Source: a virus
DNA length: 64,000 bases
Virus record (IMG/VR): IMGVR_UViG_3300023717_000163
Reading direction: 5' to 3' (one strand)
Part shown: piece after piece, positions 27,645-38,254 of the stretch
How positions within the stretch are numbered: the first letter of the stretch is position 1
Layout: each line of letters begins with the position of its first letter
Position numbers and translations under genes: made by a program
Notes under the pieces: model-generated
Seen by the model: only the letters and a program-made list of their open reading frames with translations
Databases searched by the model: none
Told to the model about the DNA's origin: nothing

Positions 27645-30519
27645 CTGTATGGCATGGAAGGTTTATGATAAAACTGGCAATACGGTACGTTGTACGCTGA
27701 AAAGTTTGGAGTATAATGGTACATGGATGGGTGCATGTTTTGTGACAAGCACTCTGAAAAGTGCCGTGCCCATTCTTTTTGAGATAGGTGACTATGTTAT
27801 GTACCGTGGCGAGAAGTTTGAGATAAACTATGATCCTACGGCATTAAAAAAGGCGGCAAGAAAAACTTCGGGAGAAGCGTTTGTTTATGATAACATAAAG
27901 TTTAACTGGCCGGGAGATGAATTGACGCGATGTGATTTTCTTGATTATGTGAAAAGTGATAATCAGATACACTTCACTTCTTTGCCAAAGTTCAGTTTCT
28001 TCGCTTCGTCTATACAAGATTTGGCAGACCGTGTTCAAGTAAATCTTGACCGTATATATACCGGAGCACAAAAATGGACGGTTGTCGTACACCCTGAATA
28101 TGTGAGCACTACCAATGTAAACATTGATGTGAACAATATAAAGGTATGGGGTGCATTGGAGTTGCTCAATTCAAAATTTGGTGCGAACTTTGTTATTCGT
28201 GGCCGAACAATAACAATCGGTACTGCCGGTATTGCTGTGGGCAATATTTTCAAGTATGGACGTGGAAACGGTTTGTACGAAATTCAACGTACAGCCGATG
28301 CGGATCAACAGATTATTACGCGATTGCGTGCATACGGTAGTACAAGAAATATGCCTAACCGGTATTATAATAAGCTCTCAAACAGTTCTCTTACCAATTA
28401 TTTGCCGAATAACATGGCCGTGGAAAATCTGATGTTACCTGATTTTCCTAAGACAACGCTTGATCCATATATTGACAGCAAGAATATTGCTGTGCTTGGC
28501 ATTCGGGAAGGGAGTGTTTATTTTGACGGTACCGGTGATTTGGAAGAAATATGTCCTTCAATGGAAGGTATGACCGCCGAACAGTTGAAAGATGCAGGTA
28601 TTTATGTATCGTTGGATGCCGGGGATAATGGCAATCTTGACGAAGTGGCTGATGCCGAACAACTGACAGATGATGGTACAATGGATAGCCTGAAAGAAGG
28701 TGAAGATGTCCCACCTTTTACAATAACGCTAAAAGATGTTGGTTTCAATATAAACGATTACCTAACTTCTGAAACAGCCACCATTAGCATGAAAAACGGC
28801 ATGTGTGGTGGCCGGGATTTTGAAATAACCAAATGTGAGAAGAAGGGCAATAAATATGTGCTGACTTGTAACCGTGTATATGATGAAAGTCTGAAATTAT
28901 ATTTCCCATACAAGGATTACAATATAAAGTCCGGTGACAAGTTTGTCCTGCTTTATATTGATATGCCGGACGTTTATATTCAGGCCGCTTCACAACGGTT
29001 GCTTGCTACCGCGAAAAAATATCTTGCAAAGAATGACTATGTGCGCTATTCGTATGAACCGAAGGTGGATGATATTTTCATGGCACGCCAACATGATGAG
29101 GCTGTTGCAAGGGGGGAAGCAAGCATACATGATACTTTGAAAGAAGGGGACTTGATGCTATTCACTGATAGCGATCTTGGTATTGAAGGCAGCATCATTA
29201 TTGATACCCTTATTATCAAAGAGGGAGAAAATATGATACCGAAGTACACTATGACACTTCGGGAGGAAAAGGCTGTTGGATCGCTTGAAAAAATCCAAAA
29301 TCAGATAGACTCTATTGCAGGTGGTGGGCAGGGAACCGGTGGCTTGAATACCCAACAGATACAGTCTATCATCCGTTCACTGGGCAATCAGCTTTTTCTT
29401 TCGCGCACCCACAATGATACGGCAGCTGGGCTTATCGGCTTCTTAGCCGGTGCTATCTTTGGTGCAAGCGGTTTTGCAGAGGGTTTGACCGGCTTTGGGG
29501 CGAAAATAGACAGCATGGGACGTGGGTATATGGAAAGCCTCACGTTACGCAGGTTTTTAGAGGTGCCGGAATTGCGTTTTAACCGTGCTGAAATTGTGCT
29601 TGGTGACAAATGGCGTTCTCCCGGTGCTGGAATTATAGAGAGTGTTGAGCCTGATTATGATGCTGATGGTAACTTGCTACGTTCCGGGACAATAAGTTTG
29701 AAATTACAAGACGGTGAAATAGGTGCTGTGGCTGTGGATGATATTTGCATGGGGTATTTCCATGACTATGAAACGCCGGGGAATAATGCGGTATCTGATA
29801 TAGATGATAGCCGTGGCAACCGTATGTTTGCCGGTTTCTGTACAATCTATTTTCGTATTACAGAAATATTGGATGCCGGAACAAACAAAAGGTTTCGCTA
29901 TGTGCTTCGTGGTGTTTCTGATCGTTGGCAATATTCTTTCCATCCGTGTGAGGCTTTGCATTTTGTCGCTTATGGCAACTTTACAAACAAGGAACGCCAG
30001 ACTTCCGCTTATGAGACGAGGACATACCGCCGTTTCTTGGTAGGGGTAAATGACTGGGAGTTTACAAAGAGTATGGTTGCAATGCAGGATGGGGATTTGA
30101 GCAATCTCAACATCTTCGGGTTGGATATGACCGGTTATTCCGCTTATCTGAATAACATTTATATGACCGGCACAATCGAACAGTTACAGATAGATGCACC
30201 AGTACGCATTGAGATTGATACGCAAGGTGACAATTTTCTTGCTTATGGTGAATCAATGGAAATTACTTGCAAGGTCTTTAAAGGTTGGGAGGATATTACA
30301 GACACAGTTAGACAATGGGCTATCCGAAGGGATAGTGGAGATACCGCCGATGATGAAGCTTGGAATATCAAGCATAAAGATTTCAACGGTTCAATAACGA
30401 TACATAACACAAAGGAAATTAGTGATTTAGGAAATAATTCAGTAACAGTGGTAAGTACCTTGTTTACCATAACGGCAACAAATGATACTGCATCAGTAGA
30501 AGCAATTGTGACGATATGA
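27622..30519 (+). CDS. Large tail protein (965 aa)
   Basis: Size and position in a block of translationally coupled tail genes. Confidence 0.5.
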   Translation: MHWLKKYSCMAWKVYDKTGNTVRCTLKSLEYNGTWMGACFVTSTLKSAVPILFEIGDYVMYRGEKFEINYDPTALKKAARKTSGEAFVYDNIKFNWPGDELTRCDFLDYVKSDNQIHFTSLPKFSFFASSIQDLADRVQVNLDRIYTGAQKWTVVVHPEYVSTTNVNIDVNNIKVWGALELLNSKFGANFVIRGRTITIGTAGIAVGNIFKYGRGNGLYEIQRTADADQQIITRLRAYGSTRNMPNRYYNKLSNSSLTNYLPNNMAVENLMLPDFPKTTLDPYIDSKNIAVLGIREGSVYFDGTGDLEEICPSMEGMTAEQLKDAGIYVSLDAGDNGNLDEVADAEQLTDDGTMDSLKEGEDVPPFTITLKDVGFNINDYLTSETATISMKNGMCGGRDFEITKCEKKGNKYVLTCNRVYDESLKLYFPYKDYNIKSGDKFVLLYIDMPDVYIQAASQRLLATAKKYLAKNDYVRYSYEPKVDDIFMARQHDEAVARGEASIHDTLKEGDLMLFTDSDLGIEGSIIIDTLIIKEGENMIPKYTMTLREEKAVGSLEKIQNQIDSIAGGGQGTGGLNTQQIQSIIRSLGNQLFLSRTHNDTAAGLIGFLAGAIFGASGFAEGLTGFGAKIDSMGRGYMESLTLRRFLEVPELRFNRAEIVLGDKWRSPGAGIIESVEPDYDADGNLLRSGTISLKLQDGEIGAVAVDDICMGYFHDYETPGNNAVSDIDDSRGNRMFAGFCTIYFRITEILDAGTNKRFRYVLRGVSDRWQYSFHPCEALHFVAYGNFTNKERQTSAYETRTYRRFLVGVNDWEFTKSMVAMQDGDLSNLNIFGLDMTGYSAYLNNIYMTGTIEQLQIDAPVRIEIDTQGDNFLAYGESMEITCKVFKGWEDITDTVRQWAIRRDSGDTADDEAWNIKHKDFNGSITIHNTKEISDLGNNSVTVVSTLFTITATNDTASVEAIVTI

Positions 30520-31721
30520 TAGAGAGTGAAAAGAAAAGAATCAGAAAAGAGTTTCAACCGCTTACGATTGCAGTAAGCTTGAAGATAATGACACCGAACA
30601 GTCCGGCCAATCAGGTCTATAATCCGGTGGCAAATGAATATGATCCTGACCGTGGGGTTACTCCGCTGGTGATTTTACCGGAAGTCATAGCGAATGCCGC
30701 TGACGGTAGCTGGGATATGCCTTATGTTAATTCTTTGTTGGCAGAAATGAACTGGTTTGCTAATGGAGAGAATATTTCTGCAATCAGTTCATGGAATGGG
30801 AAGTACAGTATAGATACGGTTGGAGATACACGCGGTGCCATTACCATAAGCAGAAATGTGGCTCCGGGTGAAAGTTTTGAGTTGTATTTTGAAGGTCTGA
30901 TAGCTGATACCCGGCTTGGGGTGAATATTCCCGTTAAGACTGACTCTATCATGTTGACAACGGTAGATAAGAGTGAAGATACCTACGGTTTGTCTATTGG
31001 GGATAGTCAGATAATCCAGTACAATCCATTTCTTGACAAGCTTTTGTTGTATGATTACAAGGTAGCCAACAATTTGATTTCCGCATCTACGGCCAATAGG
31101 AATGCAGCTTTGGATGAAAATTCATACGAGCGCACCATTCCACTTATGGTAACAAAGGGAGTGAATAAAATAACTACCGGATATACAATTGAACTTTATC
31201 AGGTGAACAGCATATCAAGTCAAACAATGCTGACTACCGCAAACCATGAAATAGTGGCTTTGTCCTTAACCAGCCTGATAATGGACTTGCGTTTGGTCGA
31301 GAAGGGGGATTACTTGCTGTTGGTGAAGGTTGGTGGAAAGGAGGTTGCAAGACAGCAATTCTCCGTCAATCGTGTTTATCCAAAATTTACGTGCATACCG
31401 GCAAGTCAGGCTTCCATCAATCCTGATGAAATCCTGCATAGGAATATAGCTATGGTACAGTGGAATGGAGAAATTGTGCCGATACCGGCACCGATTATCC
31501 GCATGGTATGGTTTACGGACAGTGCAAATAAGACCGGGGTACAATGGCAGGAGGGGGAAAAAACTGTGATAATGTTGGATGGAACCGGTATTGGTGAAAC
31601 TTATCTTGACGATTGGTTGGACGTGTACATTAAGGCCGAGCAAAAAAAGGCTTTCTCTGTATTGACTGATGGGACAAATGAATATACGGACAGTAACGGG
31701 AACATATATATAAATAATTGA
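30516..31721 (+). CDS. Tail / baseplate-like protein
   Basis: 401 aa; ATGA overlap with the upstream gene. Confidence 0.5.
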   Translation: MIESEKKRIRKEFQPLTIAVSLKIMTPNSPANQVYNPVANEYDPDRGVTPLVILPEVIANAADGSWDMPYVNSLLAEMNWFANGENISAISSWNGKYSIDTVGDTRGAITISRNVAPGESFELYFEGLIADTRLGVNIPVKTDSIMLTTVDKSEDTYGLSIGDSQIIQYNPFLDKLLLYDYKVANNLISASTANRNAALDENSYERTIPLMVTKGVNKITTGYTIELYQVNSISSQTMLTTANHEIVALSLTSLIMDLRLVEKGDYLLLVKVGGKEVARQQFSVNRVYPKFTCIPASQASINPDEILHRNIAMVQWNGEIVPIPAPIIRMVWFTDSANKTGVQWQEGEKTVIMLDGTGIGETYLDDWLDVYIKAEQKKAFSVLTDGTNEYTDSNGNIYINN

Positions 31722-31722
31722 T

Positions 31723-31956
31723 ATGAGGTATGTTGTAGCAAATAAGGAAAAGGCTTTGGATGCCGGGGTTCTGTTGTTGGGGCACTTGGTAAAGGGAGAA
31801 TCCATCATCTTGAATGAAAAGGAGGTAATGTGCCTGCCTTCTCTTGATGGAGAACTGGAAGATAGAATACTGTTGTTGGACGGTATCGTTTATACTAATA
31901 CAAGCATGAATCAAATTATATCAGAAGGAGGTTGGGAATATGGCAGAAAATTATAG
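31723..31956 (+). CDS. Small hypothetical protein
   Basis: 77-aa ORF. Confidence 0.3.
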   Translation: MRYVVANKEKALDAGVLLLGHLVKGESIILNEKEVMCLPSLDGELEDRILLLDGIVYTNTSMNQIISEGGWEYGRKL

Positions 31957-32962
31957 TGCCCAAAATAGCATCACGATTAAACGTCTTCGTTCCAATGACA
32001 GCCTGATGCTGACTTTTGAAAATAATGGCATTCCATTGTTTCAGGCCGTAGATGAAGAAAGTGGGGCTGTCTCTCCTGATTGGAGTATAGCTGCGAATCA
32101 GCCGGTACGGACACCCAAAGTAACTTCGGCACGTGGGTTGGCGGTCAGTTTGTCTGGTCATAGTTGGGCTTACAATGGAGTGGCTTTAAATTTTAACGGT
32201 GCGGAAAGTGGAGGTTGGAAAAAAGACAGTACGGGCAAATTCTCTTTGAATACCAGTACCGGTGCCATTAAAATTGTCGGAAACTTGGCAAGCAAAACGA
32301 ATATTGCAGGAGATACATTGACTTATTCATGTGTCGCTTCTACGGCAGGTGTTGAGTATAATTTGACCGGGGAACTGCCTATTGCCATTCAGAATATGGG
32401 AGCCAGCTCTTACTATCTTGCTATTCTTGCAAGTACCGAACAGTTAACAAGCAAAGTAACAAGTTGTACTCTGACTACCAAGCTGTATGCCGGTGCCAAT
32501 GCCATTACCGATTACTATATAAAATGGTATAAGGACACGGCGGCTTGGACTGATAAGAACGGACAGAAAAGTGTAACTGTTACCCGTGGTGATGTGGACG
32601 GTACCCAGTTATTCATAGCAGAAGTTTATCAGTCTTCAAGTGCTTCACAACCGATAGCACGTGCCGGGGTACGTATCATTGATACGGCAGATGAATTTCA
32701 AATTGTATGTTATATAACTTCTTCCAACAAAGAGGTTGATACCGGACAACCCGTTACAGTAAGTGCCAAGATTGTAAATATGACTACGGGGTCAACTTAT
32801 ACTCCTACTTCCGCATCGTGGACTATGGATGTGATGGATAAGGAAAACTGGAAGAGTTTGAAACATTCTACAACAAATTCTATATCTGTAACAACAACGG
32901 AAACTGACAGAAACGGGACTCAATATGATGTTGATGTTTTGGCAGAATGTCATTTTAATTAA
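31940..32962 (+). CDS. Tail fibre-associated protein (beta-rich, Ig-like)
   Basis: 340 aa, Ser/Thr-rich and beta-rich. Confidence 0.45.
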   Translation: MAENYSAQNSITIKRLRSNDSLMLTFENNGIPLFQAVDEESGAVSPDWSIAANQPVRTPKVTSARGLAVSLSGHSWAYNGVALNFNGAESGGWKKDSTGKFSLNTSTGAIKIVGNLASKTNIAGDTLTYSCVASTAGVEYNLTGELPIAIQNMGASSYYLAILASTEQLTSKVTSCTLTTKLYAGANAITDYYIKWYKDTAAWTDKNGQKSVTVTRGDVDGTQLFIAEVYQSSSASQPIARAGVRIIDTADEFQIVCYITSSNKEVDTGQPVTVSAKIVNMTTGSTYTPTSASWTMDVMDKENWKSLKHSTTNSISVTTTETDRNGTQYDVDVLAECHFN

Positions 32963-32982
32963 CATAAAAACAAAATAATATT

Positions 32983-34302
32983 ATGGCAACTAAAGGATTA
33001 GGAAATGAAACATTGGTGACCTCCATTCTGCGTTCCAATACAGTATTGGTGGAAGTTGGTGGTAGTGTCAGACGCATTACCGTGGAAAACTTCATGAATG
33101 CTATTAATAATGGTGACGAACAAATGTTGAGGCAGGTGGCTTGGGGGATTCCAATCAAACAATCAACCCAAAGTAGCACGAACTATGGTGTGATAGGTAA
33201 TACAGCCGCATGGACAGAATACAAGTTGTATTGTGGCCGTTATCTCGTAACGAATGATGGAAGGGCTGCTAAAATGTCCCCTACCAATAGTGCGGTGTTT
33301 GCTGATGGTACTGCGGTGGATGAAACCAAAGGGCATGTGATGTGGATAGGGCCACGTTTGTATTATCGTGTACAGACTGACAGTGTAAGTGGTGTACCAG
33401 TCTTATGGCTCTCGATGCTACCTATTGGCGGTGAGTTTATTGGTGGGGCAAATGGTGGAATGTATAACTGTATCGGTGCATACAAAGGCTCCATGTCAGG
33501 TAGCGCACTTGTTTCACGTTCAGGAGTTGCACCGGCAGGCAGCAAGACAATCAACGCATTTTGGAATGCTGCACAAGTGAACGGTAAGGAATGGGGACTG
33601 ACCGATTACGATCAGAGAAAGCTTATTATGATGTTGGGGCTGTCCCAGTACGGAGATACCAATATTCAAGCCAAACTTGGTTATGGTGTGGGTGGTAGCT
33701 CCAGTAAAGACTTGTGGGCTGCTGCGGCAGCATTGCAAACTGGCGCAACAAAGAGTCTCGGTGACAATTGGGGCAAAATAGCTATTTCTGTGGTGAATGG
33801 AAGTAATACTGGAGTGGATTGTTCACGGGTGAACATGATGGGTATAGAAGATCCTTATGGGTGGCAGTGGGAATTTCTGCAAGGAGTATTTTGCGGTAGT
33901 TCCAACAATAGTGCTCAAAGTGGAACGGAAATTTTCATTTACAAAGGAAACCGTTTACCGACTACTGCTGAATTAGCTGCGCATCCAAATGGTGAATACA
34001 GACAAGCTACCCGTCAGACAGCTTCCGGTCAAGTGCAGGAAATAATTCTTGGGGAGCATTTTGATATTTTCCCGAAAAAGATTGGTGGAAACAGCACTTC
34101 TTATTGGGCTGATTATTCATGGGCAAACACTACTGGGCAGCTGGTTCTTTGGGGCGGTAATGCGTATGCCGGTGCGTATTGCGGCCTCGCTTATGCGGGC
34201 TCGGATAGCGCTTGGTCGAGCTCGCGTGCGGACTTCGGCTCTCGCCTTGCGTATTTTGGGAATTTAACATTTGTTAGCGGTGCATCTTTGATGGCTGCAT
34301 AA
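32983..34302 (+). CDS. DGR target protein 1 (tail-fibre/receptor-binding candidate) with the C-terminal variable repeat VR1
   Basis: 439 aa. The C-terminus LVLWGGNAYAGAYCGLAYAGSDSAWSSSRADFGSRLA matches the TR 120 bp downstream except at TR adenines. Confidence 0.7.
   Translation: MATKGLGNETLVTSILRSNTVLVEVGGSVRRITVENFMNAINNGDEQMLRQVAWGIPIKQSTQSSTNYGVIGNTAAWTEYKLYCGRYLVTNDGRAAKMSPTNSAVFADGTAVDETKGHVMWIGPRLYYRVQTDSVSGVPVLWLSMLPIGGEFIGGANGGMYNCIGAYKGSMSGSALVSRSGVAPAGSKTINAFWNAAQVNGKEWGLTDYDQRKLIMMLGLSQYGDTNIQAKLGYGVGGSSSKDLWAAAAALQTGATKSLGDNWGKIAISVVNGSNTGVDCSRVNMMGIEDPYGWQWEFLQGVFCGSSNNSAQSGTEIFIYKGNRLPTTAELAAHPNGEYRQATRQTASGQVQEIILGEHFDIFPKKIGGNSTSYWADYSWANTTGQLVLWGGNAYAGAYCGLAYAGSDSAWSSSRADFGSRLAYFGNLTFVSGASLMAA
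34139..34246 (+). repeat. DGR variable repeat VR1
   Basis: About 108-bp match to the TR. Of the 15 differences, 14 fall at TR adenine positions. Confidence 0.7.
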
Positions 34303-34425
34303 TAGATTTTGAAATATTAGTTCTTTGAATTTCAATTAATTAAAACCCGTCCACCTTCTCGTTTTACGGCAACGGATAACGGGACGAAAGCCGAAAGGCG
34401 TGGACGGTTGGCAGAGGGGAACAAG

Positions 34426-34532
34426 AGCTGGTTCTTTGGGGCGGTAATGCGAATAACGGTGCGAATTGCGGCCTCGCTTATGCGAACTCGAATAACGATT
34501 GGTCGAACTCGAATGCGAATATCGGCTCTCGC
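34426..34532 (+). repeat. DGR template repeat (TR)
   Basis: Non-coding copy rich in AAT/AAC triplets (reads LVLWGGNANNGANCGLAYANSNNDWSNSNANIGSR). Lies between the target gene and the RT. Confidence 0.7.
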
Positions 34533-34818
34533 CATACTTATTTATCGTAGAGTAATCTGCGAGTTCTCCGAGCCATGACCTTGCAGGATTTATATCGTTG
34601 CAACGTAGTAATCAATTGGTTACGATGTCAGAAAATCAAGAATGCGGAAAGGTTGCCCAATTTGCGAAAGGCAACAAGCGGTGTTAGTAGGTTGGTTCTC
34701 GAAAGCTCCGGGCGAATTATTCAAGCAAGTAAAAACAGCTTGCAGTTATCGGAATAATTAAAATAGTCTGAACAAGACAAAATTGGAAGTATGGTGTAAA
34801 TTTTAAAACAAAGCAGCA

Positions 34819-36362
34819 GTGAATATTGGAAGAAGTGATATTGATTGGAAGAGTCTATCGCATAATGAAATTGATAGAATTATAGCGGAAAGGATAGAGG
34901 CTGACAATAAACGGATAGAAGCAAACGGTGGAAAGAAATCTAAAAGAGCCGGGTATATTCTTGAACGTATAGCAGAGATAAATAATTTACGTGAAGCGGA
35001 CAAAGAAGCACAAGATGGGAAGGTTAAGAAAAACCGCTTTATCAGGCGGCATAATCTACACCCGGAAGAAGACCTCCGAGCTTTGCAGTTGATGATCCTG
35101 ACATTGGATTTTCCGGCACCGGATTATAGCGTAATGAGAGTAAAAAGTGATGCAGGAAAGGTTCGAGATATTGTCAAACAGAAATATTTCCCGTGGCGTA
35201 TATTGCACCATGCAATTATGAGGGTGATTGAAGAAGATGTTTATAGAAATTTGATTTATGATACAAGTGCGTGTATCAAGGGAAAGGGATTACATTTTGG
35301 AGTAAGGAGAATGAAACGTTTTCTTCACCGGTACCCGGAATACAAATGGTTCGTAAAGACTGATTTCAAAAAGTTCTATCAAAGTATTCTTCATGAGCTT
35401 ATTGTTGCTGCATTGAGAAGGAAATTCAAAGATGAACGATTTATTAAATTGATCGAGATAGCTGTTTTATCGTATGACAGCGGAACAGAGTTAGTTGACG
35501 TATTGGAGAATGAAGTTGAACGGAAGAAGAGGTGTTCCGATTGGAGCATTTACAAGCCAACCTATCGGGAATTTTGCGGCAAGCCGGATAGATCATACAA
35601 TGAAGGAGAAATATCGTGTCAAATGCCTGCATAGATATTGCGATGATAATGTTATGCTGGCTCGTTCTAAGGCCGAAGCGTTGTTTCTTATTCGTGCGTA
35701 TGAACGGGAAAGTGCAAAAGTTGGGTTGGTAGTTAAAGCAAACAGTTGTATTGCTCCGATAGGAACAGAAACAAAAAATGGGAACAAAAAGCATAGAAAG
35801 CGAAAACGTAGTAAGAGGAAGAAGGATTAACTTTTTGGGCTATTGCTTCACGAAAGATAATGTTCGGATGCGTAAAAATATGAAAAAGAACTTTGCCCGA
35901 AAGGTGAAACGAATAAAAAGCCGGAAACGTAACCGCGAGATACGAGCTTCATACTGGGGCTGGTGTAAGTGGGGAGATTGTAAGAATTTATGGAGAACAA
36001 TAACAAATAATGATATGAGTTTTGCAGATAAAGGTATCAAACAGAGTGGTAGAACAAAGGACGGAAAGAAGTTCTTCGATGTAAAAGAGACAAGATTGAT
36101 GGATATTCTCAATGTCCCTATAACAGTGGTGGACTTTGAAACGAATGTGAAGACAAAGCAAGGTGAAGGTAGATATTGTGTTCTTTTTGAACAGAACGGA
36201 CAACGTAGCAAATTCATAACGAACTGTTACAATCTGAAAGATGTGTTGGATCAGGCTCGCGAAGCGGAGAATAACGGTCAGAAGATTTTTCCAGTGGAAA
36301 ATGTGATTGTCAAGCGGCGTTCGTTAGGTGACGGGAAGAGTGCTTATTATTTTGAAGAATAA
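34819..36362 (+). CDS. DGR reverse transcriptase, interrupted by two apparent frameshifts (three ORF-track pieces)
   Basis: GTG start. Motif A VKTDFKKFYQSILHELI is in frame 1. Motifs B and C GVPIGAFTSQ and RYCDDNVMLA are in frame 2 (35495..35830). INFLGYCF is in frame 3 (35778..36362). The shifts fall at purine and A runs near 35515-35535 and 35770-35790. Confidence 0.7.
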
Positions 36363-36383
36363 TTATAAAAATGGAGGTAATTT

Positions 36384-36779
36384 ATGAAAAGTTATGGAAC
36401 TCTTGTAGGAGAACTGCCGACTGGTATTGAATTTGTAGTTGAAGGTGCGTTGCTACGCATTTACTTCGACTTTGAGAGAAGAGAAGCTGTTCAAAAGGCC
36501 GGTTCGGAAGATGTGGTGGTTGAAGACCAGTATGTCTGTGAAAACGTGGATGTTGAAGGGGAACATGATTATGACAGTATTGTAAGTGCCATTATCATGG
36601 AACGTTATGATGCGAATAAACGTGATGCCATTTTCGCCAACTTGGAAATGGCACGTGATATGGCTTCGGAACTTGACGAAGGTAAGCGTGCCGAATATCT
36701 GAAAGAATACACTGATTATCAGAGTTATCGTATCAAGGCTAAGGAGATCGCAAAAGAAGTATTAGCAAAATTGAAGTAA
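36384..36779 (+). CDS. Hypothetical acidic protein
   Basis: 131-aa ORF after the RT. Confidence 0.45.
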   Translation: MKSYGTLVGELPTGIEFVVEGALLRIYFDFERREAVQKAGSEDVVVEDQYVCENVDVEGEHDYDSIVSAIIMERYDANKRDAIFANLEMARDMASELDEGKRAEYLKEYTDYQSYRIKAKEIAKEVLAKLK

Positions 36780-36785
36780 TCCGGT

Positions 36786-37961
36786 ATGGAGGCGCAAGGG
36801 CATATATTAATACGAAGAAAGGCCAAAAATGGAATTGACGGTACTAATGGGGAACCGGGGAAAAACGGGCTGCAAGGCTGTATTCTCCGGCAATCCGAAT
36901 GGGCTAAAGGCATAGAGTATCGCAATGACGAGGCTTTGACTTCCGGTACCCGGTACTTGGATATTGCAATTGTGACTACCGGTGCTAATACGTTTAATGC
37001 GTATAAATGTCTGAAAACTCATACGTCCAGTGATTCCATTCCGGTGACAAATACAACTTATTGGCAGAAGTTTAATTCTTTGGTGCCAGTGTACACTCCG
37101 CTTATCATGGCTCAAAATGCTATTCTACGGTTCATGCAGGGTAATCAGCTTTTGATAATGAAGGGCGATAATAAAACGGTTGCAGCAGGTCTTGTTGGTG
37201 GTGACTATCCGTTATGGGTTGGAGCTACAACACCGACTGATGCGCCATATAAGGTGAGTATAGCAGGGAAACTCTATGCGGCTGGTGCGGTTATTTCAGG
37301 TGACAGCACTTTTGAAGGTACATTGAAAGGTGTATCAGGCTCTTTTACAAGGTTGAATTGCGTGAATGCTGCTGGTGATGCGGTTGGAGGAATCAGCTTT
37401 GGAAGTGATGGAAGAATGTGGTTTGATGGTGATATGTATCATCAAGGTACTAAGGATAACCGGTCATTACGTTTCTACACTTCTGACTTATGGTGTAGAG
37501 GCGTGTTTGGCGCAAGGGAAAGAAGCATTATGGTAGTTTACGGCTCCTATGCCTATGTGTACACAAAAGGTGCTGATAAAACCGGTACTTATATACCTTT
37601 GACTTCCGGGACTTCCTCTGCTAACGAAACTTATTATACAGTTCCTTGCTATTCGCCAAGATACGATTATAACGGTGAAACTTCGGGTTTTCCAGTTGAT
37701 ACGGTTATATTTAGAATAACATCGAATGTAACCTACCGTTATCTTTTGAGTCTTGCCGTCACCCAAAGGATATTCGTGGTTAATGCAAATGACAATTATA
37801 ATAATGTTCAGATATATGCGAATGGAACAAAGCAAACATTGAATGGCGGTTCCATGCACCATTGTATGCAGTTGGTGGATTTTATGTATCCGTCACCGAA
37901 CTCTGACTGGTTGGGAAGAGGACTGATGTTCGGTGCTTCAAATGATAATGATTGGAAGTGA
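36786..37961 (+). CDS. Tail fibre protein with a collagen-like N-terminal segment
   Basis: GIDGTNGEPGKNGLQG Gly-X-Y repeats near the N-terminus; 391 aa. Confidence 0.5.
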   Translation: MEAQGHILIRRKAKNGIDGTNGEPGKNGLQGCILRQSEWAKGIEYRNDEALTSGTRYLDIAIVTTGANTFNAYKCLKTHTSSDSIPVTNTTYWQKFNSLVPVYTPLIMAQNAILRFMQGNQLLIMKGDNKTVAAGLVGGDYPLWVGATTPTDAPYKVSIAGKLYAAGAVISGDSTFEGTLKGVSGSFTRLNCVNAAGDAVGGISFGSDGRMWFDGDMYHQGTKDNRSLRFYTSDLWCRGVFGARERSIMVVYGSYAYVYTKGADKTGTYIPLTSGTSSANETYYTVPCYSPRYDYNGETSGFPVDTVIFRITSNVTYRYLLSLAVTQRIFVVNANDNYNNVQIYANGTKQTLNGGSMHHCMQLVDFMYPSPNSDWLGRGLMFGASNDNDWK

Positions 37962-38227
37962 TTATGAAAAGGATAAATTTTGAAAGAATTGAGATATTTG
38001 TTGATATTGATAAGACGAGATGTTCCGTTGAGAACTACAAGAAGGATTTTGCCAATATCATTTATCAACTTGGCAGGGGAATAGAGGCTCATGCCCTCGC
38101 ATTTAAAATATTCAACTCCAATGGAGAAATTGAGTATAACGATGAAGAGTGTAATATGATTAAGGAATACGCAAGTTTATGTTCCCCAGCCTTTATTGAT
38201 GCTATCAACAAATTACTATTGGAATAA
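37952..38227 (+). CDS. Hypothetical protein
   Basis: 91-aa ORF. Confidence 0.4.
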   Translation: MEVIMKRINFERIEIFVDIDKTRCSVENYKKDFANIIYQLGRGIEAHALAFKIFNSNGEIEYNDEECNMIKEYASLCSPAFIDAINKLLLE

Positions 38228-38254
38228 AAATAATAAACGCAAACACAAAAGGAT

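Noticed and set aside
34332-34535. Minus-strand 67-aa ORF over the template repeat
   Set aside because: It is antisense to the TR with Arg/Ile-rich low-complexity translation. The TR is expected to be non-coding.
35495-36362. ORF-track entries 35495..35830 and 35778..36362 as independent genes
   Set aside because: They carry consecutive reverse-transcriptase motifs (B/C and the LGY thumb) that continue from 34819..35634, so they are fragments of one frameshifted RT gene.
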